Positions 9,501 through 22,407 of a stretch of DNA of 64,000 nucleotides are shown here, in pieces. Both the position numbers and the translations under genes were made by a program. The DNA lies in assembly GCA_043228905.1 (NCBI GenBank), contig JBHGNT010000010.1, positions 5,022,001 through 5,086,000 on the forward strand. The letters are read 5' to 3'. This DNA comes from Azolla caroliniana (lineage: Eukaryota; Plantae; Polypodiophyta). Position 1 is the stretch's first letter; the number at the start of each line of letters is the position of its first letter. The notes beneath the pieces were generated by a model, which was not told where the DNA came from, made no database searches, and saw nothing but the letters and a program-made list of their open reading frames with translations.

Positions 9501-12500
9501 AGAGCTTGTGGAGGGTAAAAACCAAGAAGACCAGGTAGTTCCGGTGGAATCAGTCGAGATGTACGAGATCATTGCGAAAATGGGGCCGGATGCGTTCCAC
9601 AAAGAAGAAGTAATGGTAAGTACGAAATACAAGACCGTGGAGAAGAAAGTGAAATCGGTCGCAAGACCGCTACCTGCCGATAGCGAACAAAAGAGAAAAG
9701 AAGTCTTGGGAGATCCAACACTTCGAAAGTCCGTGGATATCGGACATGCCTTCTCGGAAGAAACTTAGGATCGGTGGAGGTGGTTTCCTCTCACAAAAAG
9801 AAGAAGAACGGTTTCGTGAGATGCTGGAACAACATGGAAAAGCATTTGCATTCACATTGAAGGAGATAGGGTGCGTTGATTCGAAGATAGTGGAGCCGAT
9901 GGTGATCTTCACGATTGACCATGTGCCGTGGAGCCTGAAGCCGATTCCGGTGCCGCGGGCGCATATTCCGAAAGTCATCGACTTGCTCAAGGAGAAGGTG
10001 GTGATGGGGATTCTAGAGCCATCAAACGCTCCGTACTCAAATCAATGGTTCACGGTTCCGAAGAAGAATGGGTCACTCCGATTTATCCAAGACTTGCAAC
10101 CGGTGAACAAGGTCATGATCCGGAATTCCGGAGTTGGTCCGATAGTGGACGAATTTGCGGAAGCATTTACCGGTCGCGCGATATACTCCATCGGAGACCT
10201 ATACTTCGGGTATGACCAATTCCAACTAGCCGTGGAGAGCCGGCACATCACTACCATGCGGACACCGATAGGATTAGTCCGGATGTGTACACTACCACAA
10301 GGCGCGACGAACTCAGTCGCATATATGATGAATGCGATGAACAAGGTGCTCCAGGATTGCATACCGGAGATAACGATGTCGTTCCTAGATGACATTCCGA
10401 TGAAAGGGTGTGCGGTGGAAGAAAAAGATGAAGCTATGGATGAACGGGGATGCCGAAGGTTCGTAGTCAACCATATCCGTGATTGTGAGAAGGTGTTACG
10501 GAAGTTGGAAGATGTGCATCTAACACTTTCCGGAGAGAAATCGGCATTCAGACAAGAAGAAATATTGGTAGTCAGACATCTATGTGGGCCCTACGGCCGA
10601 AGACCGTCACCAACCAAGATCGATGCGATTCAAGCTATGAAAGAAGTATGCGAGTCACAATCCGAAGTCTGAAGGTTTCTTGGAGCATGTGCATTCTATC
10701 ACATATGGATTCCGCACTACGCACATATTGCGGACCCACTCTATCACTTGTTGCGGAAGGGGAAGAAGTTCGAATGGAAACCGGAACACACTGAAGCCAT
10801 GAGGAAGCTCAAGAAAACACTGCGGAGGGCTGAAGCTCTAAAGAAGCCGAACTATGACCGACCAATTATAGTAACGGTTGATACAAGTCCAACCGGAATC
10901 GGATGGGTCATCAATCAACTCGACTCGGATGGTTCGCGATATCCGATCCGATTCGGAGCAAAGGTTCTCAACGAAAGGCAACACGGGTATGCGCAAGTCA
11001 AAAGAGAATTATGGGGAGTCGTGTCGGCAATCAAATCGGATCGAGATTATTTGATCGGAGCCGAAGTAGTGATCGAAACGGATTGTCTTCCGATACTCGG
11101 GATGATGCGGTGTTGTACTGTACCGGATGTGGCTATGCTAAGGTGGATTGCATATGTTAAGTCACTTAATCCGGAGGTAAGAAACATCTTCGGAAAAGAC
11201 AACGCTGTAGCGGATATGCTATCAAGAGCGCGGTTCGGAGATGACATAACCGAATCCGATAATGAAGAAGTTTCTGAAGACTGCTTTGCTTCGGAGCACA
11301 TATGCCGGGTGGACGTAATCTAAGAATTCCGGGAAGAAGCATACGAGGGAGAAAGCTTGTTGATCGGGAAAATGCTACGAGAAATCGAGGAATCATCGGA
11401 CAATAAAGAGAAGAGAGCCGAGATCCGAAGTAAGAAATGGCAAGTCCGAAAGTTCTTCTTGAAAAATGGATTTTTATGGAGGGAGCCGAAAAGACCGGGT
11501 GGCATACCACTTCGAGTAGTCGGGACAAAAGAGCAACGAAACCAGGTAATGTCCAAATTTCACGAATCTGATTGTGCTGGACATCGGGGAACATGGGCAA
11601 CATTTGGGAAGATCAAGCAAAGATATTGGTGGAAGAATATCTACAAAGATGTCGCGGAGTTCACGAAAAGCTGCGAGAAGTGTCAAATCTACTCCGGAGT
11701 TTGACACCGAGATGAGTTGCATCCGACATTCTCACCGACAATCAACTTCAAATGGATGGTCGACATTGTAGCCATGCCAACCGGGATCGGACAAAAGAAG
11801 TAATTGGTGTTAGCTCGGGAAGATGTCACAAATCAAGTAGAAGGTCAGGCGCTACGAAGAAAAACGTGTTCCACAGTATGTCAATTTCTTTTGGAAGAAG
11901 TGTTTTGTAGGTATGGGTGCGTAGGACAAGTGATTGCGGATCGGGGAGAACTTGACTCTGATAAAGCTAGGGGATTCATTGCCAAACATGGAGTTCGGTT
12001 AACACTGACAACAGCATACAATTCGTAAGCCAATGGGAAGGTCGAGCGAGGACATAGTCCGATCGTCAAAGCACTTGCCAAAGCATGCGCCGGAAGGGTG
12101 ATGGATTGGACGCAAATGCTCCCGTATGCACTATGGGCGGATCGGACGATGCATAGCTCCGTAACCGGTTATATGCCGGCAAAACTTATGACATGGACAA
12201 TGCTACCATGGAAGGAAGAGATGAGCCGGGAAGAACTACTAGCGGTCCGGATACGACAACTGGAGGGAAGACCGGAAGATGTAGCGGAAGCGTGATGCCG
12301 ACACCAAGAAGCACGACTTCGGAACAAAAGCCGGTTCGACACCAAGCACCGACTACGACCACGGAAGATTGAAGAAGGAGATTGGGTGATTGTCTATGAC
12401 AGTAGTTTGGATCATCAACATACAACGGTACGGAAGTTCGCAAAAAGGTGGTTCGACCCATATGAGGTTCGGAAAGTTTTCGACAACGGAACTTACCAAC

Positions 12501-13599
12501 TAAGTGAGTTGGATGGAATGATACTACGAGTGCCTATAGCAGGGAAACGGGTGAAGATCTTCAAGAAGCGGACTAACAACGAATCTTATGTAGCCATAGA
12601 CGAGACCGACAATGAGGAGCAACCGGGCAAAGATCGCGGTGATGCGGATAGCGAAGAAAGTGGACTTCAACTCGTAGTCGACATAAGGGAAGATTCAGAG
12701 AGCGATACAGATGGAGGCGAATATGGAACATCGGGAACTTCGGCACACACATACCGGAGGATGTGCGGGTTTAGAGGGGGTGAGTGTCGTAGTGTAATTC
12801 ACACACTATGTGGAAATTGCATTTTGTCCATTCGGATAGAGAATGAAGTACTCGGAGAGAACCGGACGAAGAGGAACCGGCAAGGAGGAATCGGCAAGGA
12901 AGAGCCGGATGAAGAAGGCCAGTGAGAGTCTCTTACGGGAACACAATTGTAAAAGAAACATTAAAATTTCTGTTATGTGCATAGGGCAAGATTCAAACCC
13001 TACACCTCCACGCAGACAAACTCCAACCTTACCATTATACTAACTTATTCTGAGTATTTCAAATATAGATTTAATACGTATAAAACCTTTATTTTCGCCT
13101 ACCTTTATTAAAAGGTTAGTCATGCATTTTTAGAATACGTGAAAACTTTATTTATATGTACACTAATAAAATTACACATGTACACCTAGCGGGCATGAAT
13201 GCTAAATTTAGGAAATCGTAGTGGGAAAAGTAAAGCATGCACATTTAGAGAGCATGAACACTTTAGAAAAGCAAGAAGCTATGCTTAGCCTCTTCTGTCC
13301 TTATATAAGGAGGAGAGAAAGATGTATAAGGGTTGGTTATTATTTATTATTTATTTTTGGATTAAGTATTGATCAATATAAAAATTATTCGTGGGATTCA
13401 CGATTTATGCATCTACTTCTTTCTTAACAACTTAAGTACCAATTAATATAGTATACTCGGGTGATTCACGAGTTTCTTATCTTTCTCTTTGCTATCTACT
13501 CATAATTAATCTCTATCTCACGATCTCCTTTCTCCTAGTCCAAAACCCCAGCGGTTCCCACCCGACTGATGTAACGATTCGGCGCCGAGAGGCACGACA
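6519..13599 (+). mobile_element. Gypsy-3: Ty3/gypsy non-chromovirus with tRNA-Trp PBS and discordant LTRs
   Basis: LTRs 6519-7288 and 12785-13599 (TGTC...GACA). PBS TGGTGAACCCGATGTGA 7293-7309. gag with CIWCDSTEHDRRDC, protease LIDHGSE, RT (LPQGATNS, FLDD), RNase H (VDTS, ETDC), integrase (H..GH..C..C, DRG). PPT agagggggtgag. Domain order PR-RT-RH-IN. Confidence 0.93.
7327..12600 (+). pseudogene. Gypsy-3 gag-pol (fragmented by stops and frameshifts)
   Basis: ORF pieces at 7471, 7778, 8656, 8959, 9340, 9746, 10748, 11357, 11804, 12098 and 12386 join into gag-PR-RT-RH-IN. Confidence 0.9.
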
Positions 13600-15515
13600 C
13601 CGCAACTTGCAATTATTGCGGCAAAATCGGCCACCATGAGGCGGAGTGTCGGAAGAAAAGAAGCGAGTCGGCGTCGACAAGCCGACAACTCACAAACTAT
13701 GCCAACAACTCCGAATACGAGGATTACAACGGACTATATGTAATGCGGCATAGAGCGAACTCTATGACGGCCTCCGACTTTGCAAGCATCTCCAATCCGG
13801 AAGACGTGTGATTCGTAGATTCCGGCGCCTCACATCACATGACATCCCACGAAGAGTGGTTTTGCGACTTATGAACGCCGGATTGACCCGGCTTTATACA
13901 GACGGGAGACGACACCACGCATCCCATTCGGCACATCGGCAATGTCCCATTCGGGAAAGAAGGCGAGCAAACTTGCATCAAGAATGTCTTGCACGTGCCC
14001 ACGATAACAAAGAATTTGGCCTCGGTCGGCCAAATCGTGGAGCAAGGCATGCAAGTCCGCTTCACCAAAGAAGGATGCTTCATCGAGAAAGATGGTCGAG
14101 TCGTAGCTAAGGGGCGGAGAGAAGGCCGAATGTTCATCCTCAATTCGAACGAGGTGAAATCGACAATGTACGCTAAAGGTCTCAAAAACGAGACGGTAAT
14201 CGAGTTGTGGCACAAAAGAATAGGCCACATCAACCTCCAACGGCTCTGAGCTATGCAAACAAAAGGAGTCGTCATCGGACTTCCGACATTCGAGTCGACC
14301 GAGTATGCGAAGCGTGTCAACTTGGCAAACAACATCAACTCCCATTCCCGAAGGAGAGCCACACGAGCAAAGGCCTCCTCGACGTCGTACACTCGGATCT
14401 ATGGGGACCGGCTCAAACGCCGACGATCGGCAGATGCCGATACTACGTAACCTTCATCGATGACTACTCCCACTACGCGTGGATCTATCCGATGAAGAAG
14501 AAGAGGGAAGTGTTCTCCCACTTCCAAAAGCTCAAGGGGCAAGTCGAAAAAGAAACCGGTCGGCACATTCGATGCCTACGATCGGATGGAGGCAAGGAGT
14601 ACTTCTCCGACGAATTCACCTCCTACCTCCAAAGTGAAGGCATTCATAGAGAATTCTTGTGCCGACACACACCCCCAAAAAATGGAGTAGCCGAAAGAAA
14701 GAATCGGCAAATACCTGAGGTAGCACGCACCATGATGCATGAGAAGCACATGCCGAACTTTTATTGGGCCAAAGCGGCATCCACGACTGTCTATCTCATG
14801 AACCGGTGCACCACCAATGGAGTCCATGAGCTAACTCCATACGAGCTCCTCGTCGGAAGGAAGCCGATCCTATCGCACCTCAAGGTGTTCGGAAGCATTG
14901 CGAACGTACACATCCCGAACGAACAACGACAGAAGCCCGACGCGAAGTCGGAGGAATGTATCCTCGTAGGATACTCGGCCGAAAAAAAGGCGTACAAGTG
15001 CTACAACCCGTCGACGCGAGAAGTTCGCGTAAGTCAAGATGTAGTCTTCGATGAGTATGCATCCTGGTACGCACCAGAGACCTCTTCGACTCCGACTATG
15101 CTTGATGTAGATTACACGCATATGAACGAAGAAAGTCCGATTACGGCAAAGCCTAATGGGCCACAAGAGCCCCCACGCGACCCAAGCACGTCGCGGCCAA
15201 GTACGAAATCGGACAAGGGCAAGGGCAAGATGCCCGAATACGAAGTCAACCACCCTGACGACAATGATTAGGATGGATCTGCTCCCTCACTAGATAGTGA
15301 GCTCGGTATACCCATCATGCGTACACCCGGAGTAAAGAAGGCGCTCACATCGGCGAGCGAAAAACTTCGACGCTCATCTAGAGCAAAGAACCCCGTCACT
15401 CAGCATGGCTACAACGAGTACATGGCCCATCATTACGCCTTCGCGATGAAGGTAGCGGCCGAACAAGAGCCCAAGAGCTCCACTGAAGCGGCTCGTAACC
15501 CACGATGGGTGGAAG
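13600..15515 (+). pseudogene. Copia-2 zinc knuckle, protease, GAG-pre-integrase and integrase
   Basis: ORFs 13989-14249 and 14207-15271 (WHKRIGH, CEAC, VHSDLWGP, LRSDGGKEY, NGVAERKNR). Homology ends at PRWVE, just before RT. Confidence 0.9.
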
Positions 15516-16679
15516 TAGTCGACCTTCGCCCACACACTACAAGCCTTCGTCACCGGCTTGAGGGGGAGGAACCGAGATTGCCACGACGAGGAAAGCCGAA
15601 GGCCGGACAGAAGCCGCACAAAAGCCGACATCGGAAGCTGGACAACGTTGAAAACAACGCCGAATGTCGGACGCCTCACACTTGAGCTTGAGGGGGCGTG
15701 TTGAGAGATCAAGCTCAACTTAGTTTAGTTAGTTAGTCAACACATGTAACTTAGTAGTTACCTAGATAGAATCTAGTTAGTGTGTTGACCATAAAGCCTT
15801 AAATAGGATTTTGTACTCGAGTGGGATACATTGTAGATCCACCACTCCATTCTCATTTAATATAGGACTTACACGGTGTACCTATATTCTCCTAGCACAT
15901 GTGCACCCTTGCACATGAAACCTATATATACCTCATTGAAGGTATTTTTGTATTTGATGATTTGATGATGTTTTATAATATACACTCTAGTTTACTCATC
16001 CCCCATCTTGTGTTATTCATAAGTCTCACTCTCTCTCTCTCTCTCTCTCTTCCTCTCACACACATACACACACATATCACATAATCTTCCACTTATTAAC
16101 TTTATCACATAATTAGGTACTAATTAACTCTTAATTACTTACCTAATTCTTAACACGACTCCACTGCAATAATCAGAGTGTCATTCACCTTGCAAAGAAT
16201 GCCGCCTACCACTCGAGGACAAAGCATATCCAAAGGAGATATCATTGGCTCCGAGAGTGAGTAGAAGAGAAGGAGTTTGCTCTTATGAAGATCCACAAGG
16301 TGGACAACGAGGCGAACATGATGACAAAGGTGTTAGCCGAAAAGCTACACGAATGCTGACAAAGGGTCGGATTGGTAAAGTACCCCATGTCGGAGTGAAG
16401 GGGGAGTTTGTTGGGAAACATGTCCCTCCGAATGGGAATAAGAGTGTAAGCCGAATTGAGTATTTTGGCCGAGGTCGAGGCCGAAAATCGAGATCGAAAC
16501 CGAAATCAATTCAATAGCCGATTCGGAAGACTATAATTGTAAATAGTCTGAATGTGCCCCTTGTGGGCTATATTTGTAAATAGCTTGAAAGTTGTTTTAG
16601 TACATAAGCAACTAGGGCAAACTTTATGAAGTAGTAGTTGATCATTGTTGTAAAGTTAGAACGAGGTAGTTGCCTCTGT

Positions 16680-16721
<42 letters not shown>

Positions 16722-17853
16722 AACTCTGTAGTCGTTTGTCATACGAAGGAGAACTCGAGGTTGTTGCCTCTGAGTTTGTTATTTGTACTTCTCCTCTATC
16801 GTAGTGATCTATTTCTCGGGGTTTTTGGACCCCCGTGGTTTTTCCCTTTTTCGGGTTTTCCACGTAAAACATCTGGTGTCTCTGTACTTGTGTTTCTGTC
16901 TTCACTTTTTCTATCTGTGCACATTCATCTTGATTTCTGCACCTGAATATACGAACGATCAACTAGTTGTGGTTGGTCATGATCCTAACAATGTGTCTGC
17001 GAAGATTGTTGATGTGAAGGAAGAGGGATGGGGGCTATCGAATACGGGGAAATAATGGATGTATTCACATTGTCCCATTGGACAAACTAGGTTTAGTCCA
17101 TAATTATAATTATTGGAAGGGGTAATTGCCCTAGGTCAGTTAGTATTTAAATTGACCTTTGTAACCTAGTTGTTGTTATTCATATTGTACACTGTGCCAT
17201 TGTAACGTTGAGCTGAATAATACAGTTCAATAGTCTTGTGCCTAACTCTGTTGCTTTCTCTCTACACATGTTCTTTTGATCTTGTCTTAATTCAGTTGTT
17301 TGTCTTGGTATTAAATTTGTTATTACATTTTTGTACATGTTTTCTACTTAAAGATCTTCGTCAGAAGAGTGCATTGAGAGCTATAGTTCTCTACACATGA
17401 TTGTAGCCACTTGGAGTGAGGCCTTTTCATCAAATCGGCCTTGATCGTGCTTCATTAGGCTAGACAACAATCAAACAGGTCATCCATTGTTGTCTACTAG
17501 TTTGTTGTAACCACTCGACGCAGATCCGACTCTAGGAACAACCCCATCCGTGCTTCATTTGGCTAGATAAAATATGGGAAGAACAGTCAGATTTATCCCT
17601 CTCATTGTTGTAACCCGAAGCAAGATCGTCCTGGAAATTTAACACAAACGGCACATAATCTGTGACCAGCCCCTTGAATTTGGCAATCAGAATAGGACTG
17701 ACAGTTACCTGTGCTCAATTCGGCTAGGTGATATTTAGGAAGACTAATCGGCTTTGTCCCTCCACTTATCGTAGCCACTCCGAGCAAATTTAGTACCCAA
17801 CTGCCACTTGAAATCCAATCGGCTAGTCAATCGACAAATTTGGGTCCAATTAG

Positions 17854-18214
17854 GCTAGGCTGACTGGCCGTAGTCACTCTGGACAGAACCCCATCGATAG
17901 TCGAAACCGATTAGCTCATGTCCACTTCCGGCTAGAACGAAATTGGGTGAGCCGACCGGTTGCACCAAACCACTATTCGTAGCCAACTCTGGACAAAGCC
18001 TCCCAAGGCAGAAAGAGATGACATCAACATCCGCTAGGTTGACTGGTCGTAGTCACTCTGGATAGAACCCCATTGATAGTCGAAACCGATCAACTCATGT
18101 CCACTTCCGACTAGAATGAATTTGGGTGAGCCAACCAGTTGCACCAAACCACTATTCATAGCCAACTCTGGACAAAGCCTCCCAAGGCAGACACAGATGA
18201 CATCAACATCCGCT
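17854..18214 (+). repeat. 179-bp tandem duplication including the gag start codon
   Basis: GCTAGG(C/T)TGACTGG at 17854 and 18033; both copies end ATGACATCAACATCCGCT. Confidence 0.9.
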
Positions 18215-21200
18215 CATCTGAAATGAGCCTAAGGAAGTTTGACGGGTCGAACTTCAACTTCTGTAAGGAACAAATGCAAGACTATCTAATCATCAAAGGT
18301 CACATAGATACGATCGAATTCCTCCAAAAGAGTAGAAGTCAAATGAGTAGACAAAATTAGATGGAATTGTTTGGGCCACCATTCAGATGCACTTGTTGGA
18401 GTCAGTGTACTTCACAGTGCAATCGTGTTCGACTGTCTTCCAACTATGGAAGACACTATCAAACACCTATGAAAAGAAGGTCGTTGCAACAAAGATATAT
18501 TTAATCTGGCGCCTTTACAACCTTCGGATGAAAGAATCTGGTTCGGTCCAGGCACACATAAATGAGTATGAAAATTTAAGTTCCCAATTGTCGGCTCAGG
18601 GAGTCACCATAGAAGATGAGCTGAAAGCTCTTGTGGTGATGAGCAACTTGCCTCAGTCCTGGGAAACTTATGCCACCACTGTATGCAACGCATTCAGAAT
18701 GATTGTAAGCTACTCTGAATTGAAGAAGTCAATTCTTATTGAAGACGCTCGGAGGAGATCATTTGTTCACGACAATACCAAGGATGCTTTTGTAGTACAA
18801 GGTTCGGTTGACCAACCGAATAGCCGAGGGAGACGTTCTTCCCGGCTGCCGACAAATTTGCAAAGTCAAACCAAGTCCAGAGATTGTCGCGCGCTCAAAG
18901 CCAAGAATGATAAAGTTCAACACGTTGATTAGAAGCAAGGCCAACATGAGAAGGTTAACTATATCGTCTCTTCCGCCAGTGTATTGATGAATGATCTGAA
19001 CATCTTGTTTATAGAGAACTCAGTTGAATCAACAATTCTGCTTACGACTGAGGAATCAAGCACATGGCTCTTGGATTCGGGTGCATCCTACCACATGACC
19101 CCTCATCGATCCTAATTTCAGCAATATTCAGCCCAACATTCCGACTTAGTTTGAGTCGGAAATTCACAACATTGTGCTATAGTTGGAATCGACACAATAG
19201 AGCTCAACCTTCCGGGTGGTTCTACATTGGTACTGCACAATGTCTAACACGTACCTGAGCTCTCAAGACTACGGATTTCGATCAGACAACTTGACGAAGA
19301 CAACATACGTGCTGACTTCTCATTAGGAGGGTGGACACTCCACAGGGGGAACCTCCCGCTTGCTCAATGTCCGAAAGTACATTCGTTATACCCGTTATAC
19401 GTCACACTCAGAGAGGGTGACTTGTTTTTGGTTGATATTCCCGTGTCATCACTATGGCACAGGTGACTCGGACACCTCAGCAAGGCCGGCATAACACATT
19501 TATCCAAAGTCGGATACATCCCCAAACTCTTTTTTTTGGACCACCAGTTTTGTGAGCACTGCTAATGCAATAGACAAGTTGCAACCTCACATCCGACGGC
19601 AACACCAAGAGAATCGAGTCCATTCGATTTGGTCCATTTGGACATCCGTGGCCCGATGCCACATCAGTCTCTTGGCGGCGCCTCCTACTTTGTCAACTTC
19701 ATTGACGATTCGACTCGTAAGGTGTGGGCATTCCCAACCAGAACCAAATATTGGGTGTTCTCGATCTTTTCCAAATAGCTCACCATGGTGAAGAACCAGT
19801 GTGGCCAGATGTTGATTTAATGCTTACGGTCTGACAATGGAGGAGAGTTGAAAAGTGAAGAATTCATCAGATTTTGTTGGCAGTGCGGCATTCAACATGA
19901 ATACACGACACCATGTAGTCTGGAGCAAAACAAAATTGTCAAACGAATGAATCGGCCAATTCAAGAACGAATCGTTGCTATGCTTCAACACTATGGACTA
20001 TCAGATGGCTTTTAGGTAGAGTCCTGACTTATGGCAATACACATATTAATATTTCATCGAGTAGGCATTTAGGGTTTCAAATACCTTAGGAATTATGGAC
20101 CAACAGTAAGCCGACTTATGACAAGTTGAGGATTTTCAGATGCAAGGCATAAACCCTCGTACTGAAAGAAGATTGTTGAAAGCTCCAATTAAGGTTCAGG
20201 AAATGCATTTTCCTTGGCTATGGACCAAACGGCAAAATTGGATATTGACTCTGGGACCTAGAGAACAGATAGATCGTCCAAAGTTCAAACGTTGTTTTCA
20301 ACAAGTCAGTCATGCACAAGAAGGCCGAAAAGGCCTATTGAAGTCTGAAGGGTAACTTTCTCAAAAGTGTTGAACCTTCATGATAACCCAAACCATAACA
20401 GGAGGTCGGCTTCACAAGTAGCCGAATCCTCTAACACCGAATCGGCTCCAGCTGATTTGGCAAAACCAAACGATTCAACTTCGAACCATCTGACCTAGAC
20501 ACCCTGTCTAGCTAGCCCAATCATACCAAGAAGATCCAAAAGACTATCGCAGCCTCCGAAATCTTCTTCACGGGCGCCAATGAGCTGACGTCACATGGAG
20601 AAGCATCGGCATGACCCAATTCGGCCACATGGCATATAATGATGGAGTTAGAGATGAACTCCATTCGGTAAAATAAGACTTCGAACCTGATCGAATTATC
20701 AAAAAATCGATGTGCTCTTCCGTGCAAGTGGGTATGTAGACTAAAAGAGACATCTAATTTGTCCAACCCAAAATTCAAGGACAAATTAGTAGCAAAAGGG
20801 TTTCAACAGGAATACAACGTTGACTTTGACAAAATCTTCTCACCAGTGGTGAAGATGACAACCCTTTGCTTCTTGCTAGGCATTGTGGCAACAGAGGACT
20901 TAGAGCTAATCTAGCTAGATGTCAAAACAACATTCCTCCATGGTGACCTAGATGAGGAAATTTATATCGAGCAAACGAAAGGCTTTGTGGTATCCGGCCA
21001 AGAACATCTACACTCTGGAATATACAACTTGAAGTAGGCACCCGAGAATGGTATAAGAAGTTTGATGATTTCATCCAATTAGTCTGCTTCTCAAAGAGCG
21101 ATGAGGACCACTGCCTCTCCACCAAAATAGCCTGAGATGGGTCTCCCATCTTCCTCATCATCTACGTGGACGACATGCTACTCTCCGACTGGCATGCCGG

Positions 21201-21791
21201 AGAGCTCATTGACCTCGTTCAACAACTACAGTTGAAGTTTGTGATGAAGGACCTTGGTCCGGCAAGACATATTCTAGGGATGAAGATTAGTCAGTTTTGG
21301 AATCAATGAAAACTACTATTGTCGCCAACCAACTACATTGGACTTAGAATGCTTCAACATGAAATCGACAAAATTGTTAGGAAACAAGTCCCTCCGGATG
21401 GGAAATGAGAAGAACAGTACTGATGAGCAAACTTGGCTGAGGCCGAAACCGGATTTGGAGTACCCGGCTATGGAAGACCCGGTGAGAACCGGATGTGGTG
21501 TACCTGGCAAGCGCTGGATGACGAGTACCCGGCTACGGAAGACCCGATGAGAACCGGATGAGGAGTACCCGGCATGAGCCGGATGGTGAAGGCCCGATGA
21601 GAAGTGCTCACCGGATGAAGGGACATATTTGTAAATATATTTTTTGAGAGTCCATTGGGGCTATATTTGTAAATAGCCGAAAAGTCATATTAGTATAAAT
21701 ATGACTTAGGGCAAACAAAGAATTGTGTGTTGTTGTCATTCTTGTTGGTGCAAGACTAGAGAGCGCATAACTGTGTACAGAGAGAGAGAGA

Positions 21792-21843
<52 letters not shown>

Positions 21844-22407
21844 GAGGTCGTTGCCTCTGTTGTAACCGCTGCCTATGGCGAAGATCGTGAGCACGAGGTC
21901 GTTGCCTCCGTGAGCTCACTGTTGTAATCATTGTGATATAGTGATAGTTAGCAGTCAGTGGACTGCCGTGGTTTTTCCCTCTCAGGGTTTTCCACGTTAA
22001 ACATCCTGTGTACTCTTCTCTTCTTTGTGTCGTGCGTTCATTATTCGTTTTCTGTGTTCGATTTTAGACTCGGTTGTGGCCGAGTGTTGTGGGAAGGGAG
22101 CGTGCATTCCTGTCAAAGTGGTATCAGAGCGAAACGACACAGAAAATGGATGATTCGTTGGGAGGCATGTTCAAGCTCACCGGCTCCAACTATTCTGTGT
22201 GGAAGTCGAAGATGAGGGACATGCTCGTGGTTAAAGACCTCTAGCTGTCGATTCAGTTCGGGGAAAAGAGACCGGACAAAATTGACGAGGCGATATGGGA
22301 GGTAATGCACATGAAGACAACGACGTACATACGGTGCTTCATCGACATGAGCCTATACAACAACTTCAATGAAGAGAGCAAGGCTCATGAGCTCTGGGAG
22401 AAGATCG

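Larger units (their letters stand above)
5173..16155 (+). mobile_element. Copia-2: non-autonomous Ty1/copia lacking RT/RNase H, interrupted by Gypsy-3
   Basis: LTRs 5173-5624 and 15699-16155, nearly identical outside microsatellites. TSD CGACT (5168-5172 / 16156-16160). PBS TGGTATCAGAGC 5625-5636 (tRNA-iMet). gag from 5794, zinc knuckle CNYCGKIGHHEAEC at ~13608, protease DSGASHHMT, integrase ~14300-15070. PPT before 15699. Confidence 0.95.
3495..16990 (+). mobile_element. Copia-1: degenerate Ty1/copia (Tnt1-like), 5'-truncated, interrupted by Copia-2
   Basis: Protease tail (VKMGNEGACRIVG), integrase start (LELVHTDVC), RT (DVNTAFLHGDLEE, LYVDDML) and RNase H. RNase H resumes at 16161 after the insert. 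PPT gaagggggag; 3' LTR 16409-16990 (TGTTGG...TAACA). ~1.1 kb integrase-to-RT deletion at ~4101; many stops. Confidence 0.9.

Noticed and set aside
12386-12925. Extra env-like or chromodomain ORF in Gypsy-3
   Set aside because: It is the integrase C-terminus (GPY-like motif, acidic tail) reading through into the LTR. No chromodomain or transmembrane segment is visible.
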